This document shows, piece by piece, positions 15,986 through 32,232 of a stretch of 64,000 nucleotides of DNA. The DNA lies in NCBI RefSeq assembly GCF_009914755.1, contig NC_060940.1; one strand, given 5' to 3'. Positions within the stretch are counted from its first letter, which is position 1; each line of letters opens with the position of its first letter. Both the position numbers and the translations under genes were made by a program. The DNA comes from the human T2T-CHM13v2.0 reference genome, Homo sapiens. The notes below the pieces were generated by a model. That model worked only from the letters and a program-made list of their open reading frames with translations. It was not told the origin of the DNA and searched no databases.

Positions 15986-16399
15986 TCGTATTAGTTGTTC
16001 TTTAAACATTTACATTTGACACTGAGCACTGGGAATACAGAGGTGAATGGCACCTACTCCATCCCTCAAGGAACTCATCCTAGTCTAGAGCTGTGAACCA
16101 ATGCAAGGGGCAAATGCACACACATGCGGTTGCACGGATGAGCAGGATGCTCTGGGGCAGGAGCGGGGGGGCAGTCAAACAAGTCCAAAGCTTCTCGCCT
16201 CCAGCCAGTTTCGGCTGCTGTTCACCCATATCTCCCATCGCCTGGGAGCAAAGACAGCTTTGCTCAGAGTTTTCTTCTCCACTTGAGGCCGCCATGTTTG
16301 CCTCTGTCTGGAGTTGTCAGCCTGGCTACTGACTGGTAGAAATCAGAGAGGAAATTCCAGGCATGATGGCATGTTCCTGCCTATTAGTTAGGGACCCAC

Positions 16400-16940
16400 T
16401 TCATTATGAATGACATAGTCACTATGAAGACCTGACCTCTCTGGCTTCTGGAAGAATGTTGAACATGCAGACCAAGGAAAAGCCACCATCCCAGAGCTCA
16501 CATTCCAGGGATCCGAAGAAACACATCAGAGTAATGGCTAGCCCAGATGGTGATAGGAGAGAAACAGAGAAGAGGGTGGACAGGAAGGACTTTCTGAAGA
16601 GGCGACATTTAAGCCGATGACTAAGTATGAGGAGGATCCAGTCTGGTAAACAGTGGAAGGCAGAGGTTCCAGAGAGAAGAGCTGGCATATGCCAAGGCCT
16701 TGAGGTGGGAAACACCCTCGAAATATTTACAGAGTGGAAGTAGCTCCCAATGCCTATGACTTCACTAGCCCCCAATTTGGAACAACCATTATGGCTGCTG
16801 AATGCTGTAGGACTGTGAATAAGCAAAGAAGTGTTTGAAATGAGGTTATAAAGGTAGGTAGGGCCATGCAAACCAGGTGAGGAGTTTAGGTGTAATTCTA
16901 GGTGCAAGAGGAAGCCACTAGAAAGTTTTGAAGCATGAAG
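16400..16940 (-). mobile_element. L2 fragment
   Basis: cagagctcacattccag... ggaaggactttctgaagaggcgacatttaagc... gcatatgccaaggccttgaggtggga. Confidence 0.6.
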
Positions 16941-16946
16941 AGTACC

Positions 16947-17441
16947 TGTATTACGGTTCTCTAAAGGGACAGAACTAATAGGATAGATGTATATATAAGG
17001 GGGAGTTTATAAAGGAGAATTGACTCACGTGATTACAATAGGTCGTCTGCAAGCTGAAGAGCAAGGAAGCCAGTCCGAGTCCTAGAGCCTCAAAAGTAGG
17101 GAAGCTGACAGTGAAACCTTCAGTCTGTGGTTGAAGGTCCAAGAGTCCAAAAGCTGAAGAACCTGGAGTCTGTTGTTCAAGGGCAGGAAGCATGCAGCAT
17201 GGGAGAAAGATGTAAGCCGGAAGACTGGGCCAGTTTAGTCTTTCCACCTTCTTCTGCCTGCCTTTATTCTGGCCACGCTGACCACTGATTAGATTTGTGT
17301 CCACTCAGATTGTACGTGGGTCTGCCTTTCCCAGTCCACTGACTCAATGATAATCTTCTTCGGAAACACCCTCACGGACACACGCAGGAGCAGTACTTTG
17401 CCTCCTTCAATCCAATCACGTTGACAATATTAACCATCATC
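16947..17441 (-). mobile_element. MLT2A-like (ERVL) solo LTR
   Basis: ggttctctaaagggacagaactaataggatag ... ccttcaatccaatcacgttgacaatattaaccatca, the reverse complement of MLT2A. Confidence 0.85.
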
Positions 17442-17448
17442 ATATCCT

Positions 17449-17813
<365 letters not shown>

Positions 17814-18340
17814 TGAGTTCCGGAGAAGGGAAGTGGTTTCTGGAATCCTCTGCCCGTGAAGGTTAATTTGGCAATATGCATATCTGCTCTGGGGCTATAG
17901 AGGCAGCTGTGACGATGCCCAGAGGGGGACCTTTATGATCTGAGAGCCCGTGGAATGTTTGTAGCAGCAGAGCCGTGTTGTCCCATTGAATGTCTCTTCC
18001 ATTTTTAATGAGGAGCCTGGGGGCACTGTATCAATAAAACGACCAAATTATTAAATTATCACTCTACAGGGCATCTTATATTAGTCCTAATTAAATGATG
18101 CTTTTCATATTAACAAACAGTGCTCAAAAAGGATTCTCATTTTTAATTCGGACCTCATTGAAATAGGAAGCCTTAGAAATTTCTAGAATAGGTACTATGC
18201 CTCTGGACGAATATGCACCATGTCTCTGGACTCACTGGAGGGCACCTACAGTGAGTTTTCAGACACTGCCCTGAATTTTAAAAATCCTCAGTATCCACAA
18301 TGACTACCTGTCTTCACCCAGACTCAGAAATGCTAATGGG

Positions 18341-18650
<310 letters not shown>

Positions 18651-20191
18651 TTACAGGACTTCTGCTTTCGCCACGATAGAGTAACAGGGACTGGTGTGCA
18701 CCGCTGCCTTAAAGAACTTTTAAAAAGGTCAGTCTCAGAAATTGCCACTAAAGAATTTTTTCCATGCAACCAACCACCACTTGTCCCCCAGAAACAACTA
18801 AAGTTTAGAAAAAAGTCACCATACAAGCAACAGTGATTTCAGACGTTAGACAGCATGAGGCATCCACAGAGGGGAAGCAGATGAGATGTACCCTCCAGGG
18901 GCCCCAGCTCACTGCCTTGAGAGGGTCTCTAAGCCATAGGACAAGGGGTGGGGGCCCAAATAAGGAATATTTGGGGCGCACTTGCTGGGTGAAAGCCATG
19001 AGACACTGGAGAGACAGTAGTGATCCAGTCAGCCAATAGCTCTGTGCTACTGAGCTGACATTGTTTTGAGGGAAATGGTCAATAAGTGAGCAAATAAATG
19101 GGGGTGGTTTCAGAATGTGAGAAATGTTACAAAGAACTAAAAAGGGTAATGCAGTGGAATACTGTGACCTGGAGGAGCAGGTAGGAGTTACTCTAGCTGG
19201 GTCAGTGGCATGCAGGAAGCTGCTGGAATAGGCTGCCAAGGGCCAATTATGAGCATTACTAGCCAAATCTGTGTTCCATGAGATCCCACTGGTAGCTTGA
19301 AATAGGCCATGATGTCAATATTTACACCACAGACATTGGCGGTGTTTTTCTTTTTTCTTTTTCCAACATACTACGGATGGTATGGCCAAGATAGGTTTCA
19401 TAAAGAAGTGCACATTTCTGTATGACATTAGGATAAAGAACAGCCCATCATTTATGTGACAAACCCTAGGAGGAATATTCCAGCAGAAGAAATAGCATGT
19501 GCAAAGGCCGTGTGTCCACATCCTCCATTTCTTCATTCTCTATGATGTTCAGGGCAGGTATTTTTACCCCTCCCCACAATTGTATAAGGAGATTTTCATT
19601 GTCACGTGTGTCAGTCATTTTATCTCATTCTCTCCACCACCCGTTTTTAATTCCCATGTTGGTACAGTAGAGAATATCTTTATCCAGTTATCCTTCCTTC
19701 ATCCTTAGATTTTGTTTCCTGATTTCTCTTTCCTTGTACTTCTTTTTTCATAGAATTTTACAACTTGTTTTCAGGTATGCTTCTTTATTTCCATGTCTAT
19801 GAGAGCTTTGATCAGCAGCTATAGTTTCTTATGTAATCCATAGACTCCATCAATTTCTTTTATAGTGAGAGGCGACAGGATACTCATTTTACATCTAGAG
19901 GCAAAGTACTTCAGCACTGGAAGGTGAAAAGACTTCAGAAGACCTTTTCTGGAAGCCTTTTCTTTAGCAGCAGGGTGTCTTCAGAGAAGTTGCAGAGTTG
20001 AGTCTAATGGAACGGCCTGAATGACCACTGGGTCAATGTTAATTGATAATGATGCTTTCTAAGGCGAGATCTGAACTGAACCTCAACTCAATTCTTAATA
20101 TGTGCGGCAGAAGCAAAAACAAGAAATCCATAGTTCATGACCCTATAAGATTTATGTCTAAAGCATTTCCGACACCCATTCTTTGTTGTGA

Positions 20192-20511
<320 letters not shown>

Positions 20512-20672
20512 TAATTTGACACTCTTAAGCATACCTTCTCTTTCCTCTCAGTAAGCAAGTCAGATATTTCAGGAGAAACAAGGTATGTGCTCCTTCCTTC
20601 TTTCATTCCTTCCCTCCTTCCTTTTTTCCCCTTCCTTTTTAAAAAATTTTCCAGTTTCCACATTTTAAAATG

Positions 20673-20973
<301 letters not shown>

Positions 20974-21457
20974 CAGTATCTACAATTTTAAAAGTGGTAT
21001 ACATAGCCTAAGATCTTCCATAACAATTAAAAATGAGTGTCAGACATGCAGGACTATCAGGCACTACTGAACATTGCTGAATACTCACAAGAGAAGGGGG
21101 ATACATATGGCAAAATTTCAAACTCAAATGAAGATCTGCAAGTGGCCAGTGCACTTGAAAGGTGCACAACTCATTTCAGAAGGCACTGCTCAGCATTACC
21201 AAGATGCAGCTGTGTCCTAACCCCCAGCTACAAGGGAGTGTTTACTGTAGGTTAGAGTTAGCTGACTCAGTCCATATGTTAGGGTAATCACAACCCAATT
21301 TTGATGAACTCATAAACCAAGGAGGCTGTTGCTGGAGCTAAGAAGAGACAAGATTTTTAGTAGATAGTGACATTTAACCTCAGCTAAGTCTAGGCTGTCA
21401 GCCTGGCAGGTCTTTTTGAAGAGCTAAGTTCTGCTTAAAAGCCATTAGTGTATGTCA

Positions 21458-21670
<213 letters not shown>

Positions 21671-22809
21671 TCAGAGCCCAAAGCTTAGTTGGGCTGATGG
21701 GAAAACTAACAGTTTCAATTTAATGTGTGTATTCTAGGATCGAGCTAGGGGAACAAAGAGTAGCAGGCAAAGGAATGCACAGAAATATTTAGTCATAGCA
21801 GGAACCGTTCTTCAACTATCTTCCAAGGACTGTGCTAAATACTTTCCATGCATTATTTTATCCTTACAGCAATCCTGTGTTTTATATGCTTTTAGGTAAA
21901 AGTCCATTTTAGTCATTAGCAACCTGAGCACAGAGAGGTCAGTTAACATACTCAAGGTTGCACTGCATGTGGTAAAGAGCTGAACAGAGAAAACCAAATT
22001 CCCAAGTTCAGCCTGAGTCGTGTAGACTAAGTGTTAGTTGGAGTAAACAGACTTAGCTTCTCTAGATCTGCTTCCTATCAGAAATGTGGAGATGTTCAAA
22101 GTCAGCTGCTTACCTTTAGAATTGCCATGAAGTGAACACCAGTGAATTCAGATTAGTTGAGCACTTTGAGCCTCTAACCTTTTTTTTTTTAATTTTTTTA
22201 TTTTTAAGCACCCTACACCTATAACTTAACTATTCCCAATTTGGAAAAAAATTTTATGAGTGCTGTGCACTCTTTTTTTCTTCTTCTTCTACAAAGCCAA
22301 GTGCACGACATCAAACCTGTAATCTTGGCCACATTATCACCATGTTCTAACCAAGCAAGCTTATTAGTTCAGACAATTAAGAAAATAGAAGTTGAAAATA
22401 CTTAGCTATTAGGGAGAACGGAGTAACATAAATCCAAGGTGTTGGGACAATTAGCATTCGTAGTAATAAAAGCCAAGTAGAACACTAAGGAAATGAATAT
22501 TATGTTTATTATTTAGCATTTAGGTAGTATTGGATATTTATAAAATACCTGGTAATTGTTTTTGGTCATTTCTTTCAGAATAAATCGGATAAAGGGTATT
22601 TGCTATTGTTGTGAGTAGGGTAAGGGGGGGGTTTTAGTAGAAGCCCATTAAATTACAATGCATCTCCCCACCCTCTTACCCTCAACTCAGATTTAAGTAC
22701 AGAAAGAAAACATTCAGAAATCTTGCTGAAACAGAAATCATTTCACTTTTCTCCTTTGTTAAAAGCCTTCTGATGACTCCCCCATTTCTGTTGCAGCAAA
22801 AGGCAAAAT

Positions 22810-23060
22810 CCTGTAAATGCAACTTGATGTCCTAGAATGGATTCTGGAACAGAAAAAGGACATAAGTAGAAAAGCTGTGGAAATTTCAGTAAAATCCATG
22901 GTTTAGTTAATAGACACCAGTGTTACCTTCCTCGTTCCGATAAATGCACGTAGTTGGGTAAGATGTTAGTGTTAGAGGAAGCGGGGAAAAGGATATAAGA
23001 GGACCCTGTGTACTATCTTTGCAACTTTTTTGTAAATCTAAAGTTATTCAAAAAGTTAAA
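22810..23060 (+). mobile_element. Old L1 (L1MB/MC-like) 3' end inserted in an L2 (L2 at ~22720-22810 and ~23085-23565)
   Basis: ggattctggaacagaaaaaggacat ... tgtactatctttgcaacttttttgtaaatctaaagttattcaaaa. Confidence 0.65.
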
Positions 23061-24784
23061 AAAGATTTTTTGTTTAAAGCTAAAGTTCTTAGAGCAGACT
23101 ACAAAGACCTGCGTGACCTGTTTCTGTGCCCTCGTCAGGTCTCTGACGTCATCTCCTTTTCTCTTCCCCTTGAACGTTCTGTACCAGCCTCACGCTTCAT
23201 CACTTTCTCACCGCAGGACCTTTGCACTGGCTGTGTCTGGGACTGGGCTATTATTGCCTGAGCTCTCCCTGTGGCCCACTCTTCTTTGCCAAATTGTGAT
23301 TCAAATGTCACCTTCATAAAAGCCATCCATTGAAAATGTCAAGCCTACCTCCACGGTCCCTTCCTCCTGCTCAGTATTTATCTCATGGTGCCTATGCTTC
23401 CAACATGCTCTGCAGTGCTCTGATTGATTAGGTTATGCTTCATCTTCCTCCTGCTCTCCTAAAACTTACGTTCCTTGAGAGGAGGGATTTTTTCCTGTTT
23501 TCTCCACGATGCATTTCCAACACCTGGAATTGCATACTTTGTGCTTAATGGATATTAGTTGAACCTAAATATTAAATTTTATACTACAAGAAAGTAACCC
23601 TAACTCTGAATGCTTTGATAACCAAGGCATTGTGGTAAACACTCTAAATTTTCTAGATCTTGTGGCATCTTCATGATAGCTTAAAATTTGAGTATCATGA
23701 CCACCATTTATAAGGCCCTGAGAAGTCTTAAGTTTTGCACAACATGACGCAGCTCTTCGGTCAAATCTGAGAGCCCAGATTCAAACTTGCATCTCCCAAC
23801 ACTACAGCTAGTTCTGTTTCTTGTACACCAGATTGTCTGCTAGATTTGCATGCTTCCCCTCCATTTCATTAAACCACGGCACATGAAGAAATAGCATTAC
23901 TCATCAAGTCAGTAGTTGTTTGAGTAACTCAGATTCCTTTCTTAGATGATGGTACCCAAGATAAATGTATGGAACATATTATTTCCCATGATGGCCACAG
24001 GTAACTCTGGAATATTATAAGGTTTATTTGTATAAGCAACTCAGTATGAAACTTTTACCTTGAATTTCCCGTTCATGGGCCTATCTTTGTTTTCATTTTC
24101 AACATTCTCTTTTGGATACGGAGTTTCATTCACCTAAGAAAGCTTCATGACATTAGTGGAAAGGCACTGGTTCAGTTCTAAGACCTTAGTTCTAGGACCT
24201 ACTCTCCTATCTGCTAGCTATATGGACCCCTTCTTAGGCTTTAATTTCCTCATCTATAAAATGGGCATAATTTTACCACCAACTTCATAGAGGTATCATG
24301 GGGATAAATGGTATAACCCATGTGCAATGGTATGCACTGCTGTTATTGTTTGAAAATAATTCTTTGTTGAATTAGATATAAAGGTTGTTATTGTTGTTTT
24401 CTGAAACCGACTTAGTTTAAAATTACTAAGTCATTTTAATATCTATCAACCATTTCCATAGTTTCTAAGGATTTCTCCCAAATGCCTCTGTTAACAACAA
24501 CGACATCCTCCTCCTCATCATATGGATATCATGAAACACCAATTATATCAATTATTGAACAGTTATTTGGAGTCAGGCTTGATACAGTCTTTGTAATGTT
24601 GTTTTATTTTTTGCTGTGAGTCCACAGAGCGAGTATTATAAACCCATTTTACAGATGAGGGAACTGAGGTACCATGGAGGTGAAGTAATTTGCCTACTGT
24701 CACGTGCTACTCATGGGGCCGGGTCTCGAACCCAGGTGTTTCTTCCTATAGCTGAGGGCTTCATCAGTACTTAGCACAGCTTTA

Positions 24785-25176
<392 letters not shown>

Positions 25177-26317
25177 GCATTTTCTTAAACTGTGGCCCAG
25201 AAAGCACTTTTATATTAGAATTACCTGATGCGCTTGTTACAAACACATATTGCTGGCTGTAATCAGTGAAGTGCTAGTAAATGCTTAACAACTAGCTTGG
25301 TGGGGGAAGGAGGGGGAGAGGGCTCCAGAGACTGATCTGAAGCATTTGCCAATTTCCATGGTGCAGCTACTCCCATCATGGCCATTGCAAGATACCAATG
25401 CCTCGTCACTGAACACAGAGTTAGGAAAAAATATGCAGAAGTGGACCATCACGCAGTATTTCCACCATCCAGATACTCTAAACAAACAAACAAAAAACCT
25501 CAAGAGCACAGATAATATTCAAGTATGGTAAAATAATTTAATATTCAAAACTCATTATTTCTTATTACTTTTTAATATACTTTATTGAGGCCAGGCATGG
25601 TAGCTCACGCCTGTAATTCCAGCACTTTGGGGGGCCGAGGTGGTAGATCACTGGAACCCAGGAGTTCAAGATCACCCTGGGAAACATGGCAAAACTCCAT
25701 ATCCACTAAAAATACAAAAATTAGCTGGGTATGTTGGTGCACACCTGTAGTCCTAGGTACTCGAGAGGCTGAGGTGGGAGGATCACTTGAGCCTGGGAGG
25801 TCGCGGCTGCAGTGAGCCATGATTGTGCCATTGCACTCTAGCCTGTGTGACAAAGTGAGGCTCTGTCTCAAAATAAGACATACATATATATATACACGCG
25901 CACACACTCACACACATATATATTTATGCTATATATGTATAATTATACTGTATGTATATATCAACATGAATATATACATGTATAGTACATAAATACATGT
26001 GTACACATATTTTCGTATATGTATATACATATACAACATATATTAATATGTATATACATATACTTTCTTACTATATATGCTTTAATTATGGGCTTATGTC
26101 ATTTCATTTTTTATTAAAGGTTGTGTTTAACAACAGAGTCACAGAATTCCTGACAAGTTAGCAACTGGCTTTCAGAAATCAGTATCAACAAACTTCAACA
26201 GTCCACCAGCTACCCCAGGCTGACAAAATCAGCACCGAAAAGGCTGGAGCCCTGGAATGTGCATTTCTAAAGAGCATCCAACTGCTTCTGGTGCACACTC
26301 AAAGTATTGAGCCAATG
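25177..26317. mobile_element. MER5-like element split by a MER63-like element (~25264-26209)
   Basis: MER5 halves at ~25177-25257 and ~26210-26317. MER63-like ends cagtgaagtgctagtaaatgcttaacaact and tgtgtttaacaac...cagaattcctga. Confidence 0.6.
25589..25875 (+). mobile_element. Alu (AluJ-like), followed by a TA/CA-rich low-complexity tract to ~26085
   Basis: Dimeric Alu; gatcacttgagcctgggaggtc. Confidence 0.92.
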
Positions 26318-28671
26318 CCATAAGCCTTTCTGAGAGCACTTGTGAAATAAGTATATGAAAATACTATATAATGTGGTAAGCATCTGAAAAATGTAGATGG
26401 GATTCATATTCCTAGCAAATGCTAGTGGGCATTTATGCTAAATGAACCCCACTGTTACTCTTTTGAAGATTTTTTTCCCTACTTTTAAAATGGCATAAAA
26501 TTATTTTATAGTTTTATTTTATTTTACCCATCAATGAAGAGTGCCTGGTCTCTGTTAAAGGAGAAGGTAGTAATCCTATTTCCCTTGCAGCCAGCATAGG
26601 AGAAAGGTTCAGAGGCCTTTCCTGAAAGGTTTAGGCAAAGATAACAAAATGTCAGAGAAAGCTGCAGGGCAGGGCTGAATGGAAAAGTAGGTTTGTAATC
26701 TCAAATTCAATATAAAAGATCGAAAGTATCAAATAGTCAGTGGTGAGCCTCTCCATCAGAATGTTATATCTGCCATGAAATTCTGCTTTATGATTGTATT
26801 ACGTTATATACATTATACATCTCTTTCTCTCAGTCTCTCTCTTTCTCACCTAGTCTCTCTTTCTCCCTCTCTTCCTTTATATATTCTCATAGAAACTAGG
26901 GCACATCTGAGATCCATAAGGAAGTCTTGCTTGACTCCAGTCAGAGAAACCATTGGAAACATCACCTGCCTCCAACCCCAACCCCATCTGCCTTAAAAAT
27001 ATAAAAGTCTTTCTTTTTAGGTGGAGGTTTTGATTCAGGGAAAACACAGGCCTCGCAAATTAAGAGCAGCCCAAGAATTGTGTGCAAACCCTGATACACG
27101 AGACACCCAATCCAAGGCTTGCACTCTGTCCTCTAAACAGTGATTGTGCTTTCCAAGGTGGATATGGAGGGTAATTAAGAATGAATTTTCATGACTTGTG
27201 TCTACTGTGTGCCCACACAGTGCCAGAAGCCAGAGTAAGAACTTTGCGGGCCTTTCGCTTTTCATCTACCCTCCTTAGTCTTTGGTTCTTATCCAGGCAC
27301 TTAGGAGTTTCTCAATCAGTATTCTTTGAATGAATGAATTCACAAATCCCCATTTTAAGGCTGTGGGAAGAAAGGCCTTTAGGGATGAAGTAACATGTCC
27401 AAGGTCAAATAGTTGTCTTTGGTCAGCTGTTGGTCAAATGCTACACAATTACAGGATTGCCTCCCTAAGGTATAGACAGTGGCTGTTAAAAGAATGGATC
27501 CTATTTGTCACCTGTGAAGGTTATTTTAAAAGATTTATCTTGAGTGCATAGGAGTATGAATGGGTCACTCTGGGATGGGGCCCAGAAATCTGGGTGTTCC
27601 ACACCCTTACCCAGGTGACTTAGAGACATTCAGCAGGCTGTACCTGGAGAAAGACCAGTGCGATTCATGTAAATCTCTCTACATCTCCAACCAGAGGCAA
27701 ACCTGTCAACTTTTCTGGCTGCAAAATCTGCACCTTGCTAAAGGCTGTCAAGAACCCCCTATGGGGGGTGGACTTCTTGGCTTACCCACCCTCCCTACAT
27801 CTCTGATCCTTGCATTTTTAGACGTGACAGGTGCCTGCAAGGCCACCAAATTTCATGTCTTCAGTTTATTCAGCTGCAAAAAATTTCATTCCAGAAACAT
27901 GACACAATGAGAAACTGACAAAAGGTGGGCTTGAATTCAAGTCTCCTAAATGAAAGTACCCCCCAGTGACTAAAAGTCTTGTTGCTGCTCCGGATTTCAC
28001 ATTGTCATCCTGCGGTGGGAACATATCTTGCATTTTTATGTAGAGTATCAAAAAAAAAAAAAAAGCAAAAATTGTTTTTTGGAACAGCCAAAGCATGTCC
28101 TGGAGCATAATCTAATTTGTTTCTCTATGGCCCAAGAAAAGAGGGGGCGAGTGTCATCCTTCCTTTTTCATAAATTGAGATTCAGAAAGGGCGAGTGACT
28201 TTCTCAGTCACACAGCATCATGTCTACCACCCAAGTCTCACCCGCTTCTCATTGGAGCCACAAATGACATAATTAGATGAGAGATGATCCCAAGACTAGC
28301 GGATGTTTCCCTTTCTTCATTTTAAGAGTTTGGACTTTTTTAGGGGACCTAAACATTTGCTCCTGAGCTCTGCTAATGTGTGACTGCTGAGTTTTTCTGG
28401 ATGAATAAGACTTTTTTCAAGAAATTTCACATATTCCCGTCTGGCCGAATTATGTATCCAAATGTTTTTCCATCAGAGAACTCATCCGTTGTCCTGTGAC
28501 TGTGTGGTTTATTCATTTCTCCTCCACAAAGCTAGGAGCTCCCTACTGGTTCAGGTTATGTCTTCTTCATCCTTCAGTCCCCATATGTAGCAAATGTTCT
28601 TTATACAAGCAGATCTTAAAATGGTAGCTGAGTTGAACAGTGTAGACACAGAGTATTTGTCCCTCTAAGAA

Positions 28672-28870
28672 GCAACATGGGAATCCATGGAGCTCAGACC
28701 AAATCCAGCCCACTGTCTCTGCTTTTACAAATAAAGTTTTATCAAAACACAGCCACATTCATGGTTCATTTGTTTACATATTACCCCATGGATGCTTTTA
28801 TGTACAGCATGGCTTATGATGCCCAACTATTCACTCTATGGCCCTTTAAAGAAAAAGCATGCTATCCCCA
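28672..28870. mobile_element. Degenerate MER58-like element
   Basis: ccaaatccagccc... aaataaagttttatcaaaacacagccac... tggccctttaaagaaaaag. Confidence 0.6.
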
Positions 28871-30901
28871 TCTAGATGAAGAGACAAGTAGAAGGGAGAT
28901 GCAGGCATTTCTATTTTCAGAGTATATTTCTTAGCATTTCCATTTCCGAACATATATTTACTCTCCTTCCCACCTGCCAATGCAGGAGAAATTAGCCTAC
29001 TGAGAAACTCCGAAATATCCTGACTAGTGTCAATTTGCAGAAATTGTGCAGTTTATGTGACAGGATTCTTTCACTGTCAAATTTTTGTTCAGAGACATAT
29101 CGGTGTTCACAAAGAATGATATCTCCATGTCTCAGCATATCCTGGAAAAACCCCAGTAGTCCTAGAACAAAACTCTTGGAGTGCTTGTCTCTTTGTTTGA
29201 AGCATTTATATTAATACAAAGAAAGAAGTAATTAGCCAGGAAAACCCAGGGATGTTCAGGGAGATCAGTGCCATCTTAAATTCATCACCCATTTTCTGCA
29301 ACTGAATTGTGCTTTCAGCAGTTTTCTTAGGTCTGGGAAATTAGCATAACGTATAGAATTGCCATTTGGTTCATTTAAATCTTGCATAATATATTAGGGG
29401 GGAAATCTTTGAGCTAAGTGGAATTTAGGATTTAGTACCAAATACGAACTTTTGTGTTAAATTGATGTATAGGTTGGCCTTGATTTCTGAGTGGGACAGG
29501 TAATTAAAGAAAACCAGGAGGTTAAGAGGAGATGAGGAAAAAAAAAATACTGCAGGAGGAAAAGGTTGGAGGCGTCAGCCAGAAAGGGAGGCTGCTGGAA
29601 GATTGCTAAGCTAGAGAACAATGCAGCTCATTTTTATGAGACCATTAACACAGAAGACAGTGGCAACAATCTTGGGAGTATTTGACATGTTCCCAAAATT
29701 AGTTGGGTGCGGGATGTCATGGCACAGAGCTGTGTACCTGCTTTTTATCTGGGGATTTATAAAAGTGGAGCCTTGCTGGTGTCGTCCAAAACAGCAGGAT
29801 GGGAAAGAGCTGTTGGTGAGAATGCATTAGGGTACCTGCCGCCTGTTCCCTGTAGTTCCTCTGGCTCTTGAAAGAGCCTGAAGTTACAGAAGAGGGCAGG
29901 AGTTCTAAGGGTGTCCAGGAGGCCAAATGCTGAAGGAGAGGACCCTCATCTGAAAGGAGAGTTGGAAGCAATGACCATTGGCAACAGCCTTGAAGACACG
30001 AGACCCTGGGCAACTATGGAGAATGACAGAGGATGGCTGATCAGTGCCCCAAGTAACCTAGGAATGTGGACTCCACAGCCCCACCACATCCATGGAAGCC
30101 ACCAGTGGCACCTGAGCCCCAGCAGAATGAGATGGGAGGCAAAAAGAGGCACTTCTCATCACCAGGATGCATTTGATTTCATTAGCTGCCTTCTGCCTCC
30201 TAGGTTCCTTCTCTTCAGCCCCCAGTCTTGAAAGAAGCTTCTTCCCCAGTGGGGGAAGGAGGAGGAAGGTCCCAGAGGTTGCACCTCATCCCACTGATCC
30301 TACAAACTGCTGGAGAGTTTGGAGCCAACAGGCAAGAAACACTCTATGCCCACTGTAGGTATACTGGACCACAGATGTGTAGCAAGAGGAAGAGAGTTTT
30401 AATCTCATTGATTTTGGAAGCTTTAAAGTGGACTGGCCTGAGTTTTAACAACCAAGTGCCCCGAGAGCTGTTGCATCTTCTTTAGATGCCATTAAGGGAC
30501 TTGACCCAGGGGATTGCAATGCCAGGGCTCTAAGCCACTGTGCCACACTGCCTCCCATGTAGGGACTAAACATCCCAAAGGAGCTCTGAGGCCCTCTGAA
30601 CCTCAATTTCTTTGCCATAAGATGGGCACAATATTAGAATCCTCTTGTCTGAGTCATCAGACAATGTGAAGAGATTAATAGAATGCTAATCAGTCAACCA
30701 GGATTTATTAAATGGCAATGAAGTATTAATCAGCCACTCTTCTCGATGCTGGTTATTATAATAATCATGGTCCATCCTAAGCACTTACAGGTGTTGACTC
30801 ATTTGGGGTAGATGCCAATAGTATTCCTATTTTCTAGATAAAGGTAATGAGACAGAGAGGTTAAGTAACCTGCTGCAGTTCACACAGATAGGAAGCAGTG
30901 A

Positions 30902-31284
<383 letters not shown>

Positions 31285-31566
31285 CTATTATATATTTTAA
31301 CTACCTATCCTGGAACCGAAAGCCAAATCTTTGCAACAAGAAGAGGAGAAGAAAGAGTGCTTTTTGTAGTCTTGTCATTCCACTTTCTGATAAGCAGACA
31401 CCAACCTCCAACCCTGCCCACTGTACCACCGGGGCCTGATGTCTAGTAGGTGCTCACTAAATATATTTTGAATGATTGGATAAGTGAGCACCTGATTTCA
31501 AGCCCCCAGGACAAACAATGCTTCTTTAGGTGCAGGTGTTTGTAGGCGCTGCCTCAGTAACACAGC

Positions 31567-32232
31567 TGTGGACTGAATTGTGTCCCCTACTCCAGGTCAT
31601 ATGTTGAAGCTGTAACCACCAAAGGGATGGTGTTTGGAAATGGGGACTTTGGAAGGTAATTAGGTTAATTTAAGGCCACGAGAGTAGAGCCCGATGAGAC
31701 AGTATCCATACAGGAGGAAGAGATATCAGAGCTTCCCTCTCTCTGCCATCTGAGAACACAGAAAAAAGGCACTCAAGCCGGGCGTGGTGGCTCACCCCTG
31801 TAATCCCAGCACTTTGGGACGCAGAGGTGGGTAGATCGCGAGGTCAGGAGTTCAAGACCAGAGTGGCCAACATGTTGAAACCTCCTCTCTACTAAAAATA
31901 CAAAAATTAGCTGGGCGTGGTGGCACCAGACACCTGTAATCTCAAGTACTCAGGAGGCTGAGGCAGGGGAATTGCTTGATCCTGGGAGGCGGAGCTTGCA
32001 CTCAGCCGAGATTGCACCTCTGCACTCCAGCCTGGCTGACAGAGCAAGACTCCATCTCAAAAAAAAAAAAGGCACTCATCTGCAAGCCAGGAAGAGGGCC
32101 CTTCCCAGGAGCTGAGTTGGCTGGCACTTTGATCCTGCACTACCAGCCTCCAGAACTGTAAGAAATAAATGTCTGTTGTTTAAACCACCCAGCCTGTGGT
32201 ATTTTGTTATAACAGCCTGAGAAGACTAATAC
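31567..32232 (+). mobile_element. MLT1A-like MaLR LTR interrupted by an Alu
   Basis: tgtggactgaattgtgtcccc ... cagcctccagaactgtaagaaataaatgtctgttgtttaa ... gactaataca. Confidence 0.8.
31776..32070 (+). mobile_element. Alu (AluS-like) with TSD aaaaaaggcactca
   Basis: Clean TSD on both sides. Confidence 0.95.
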
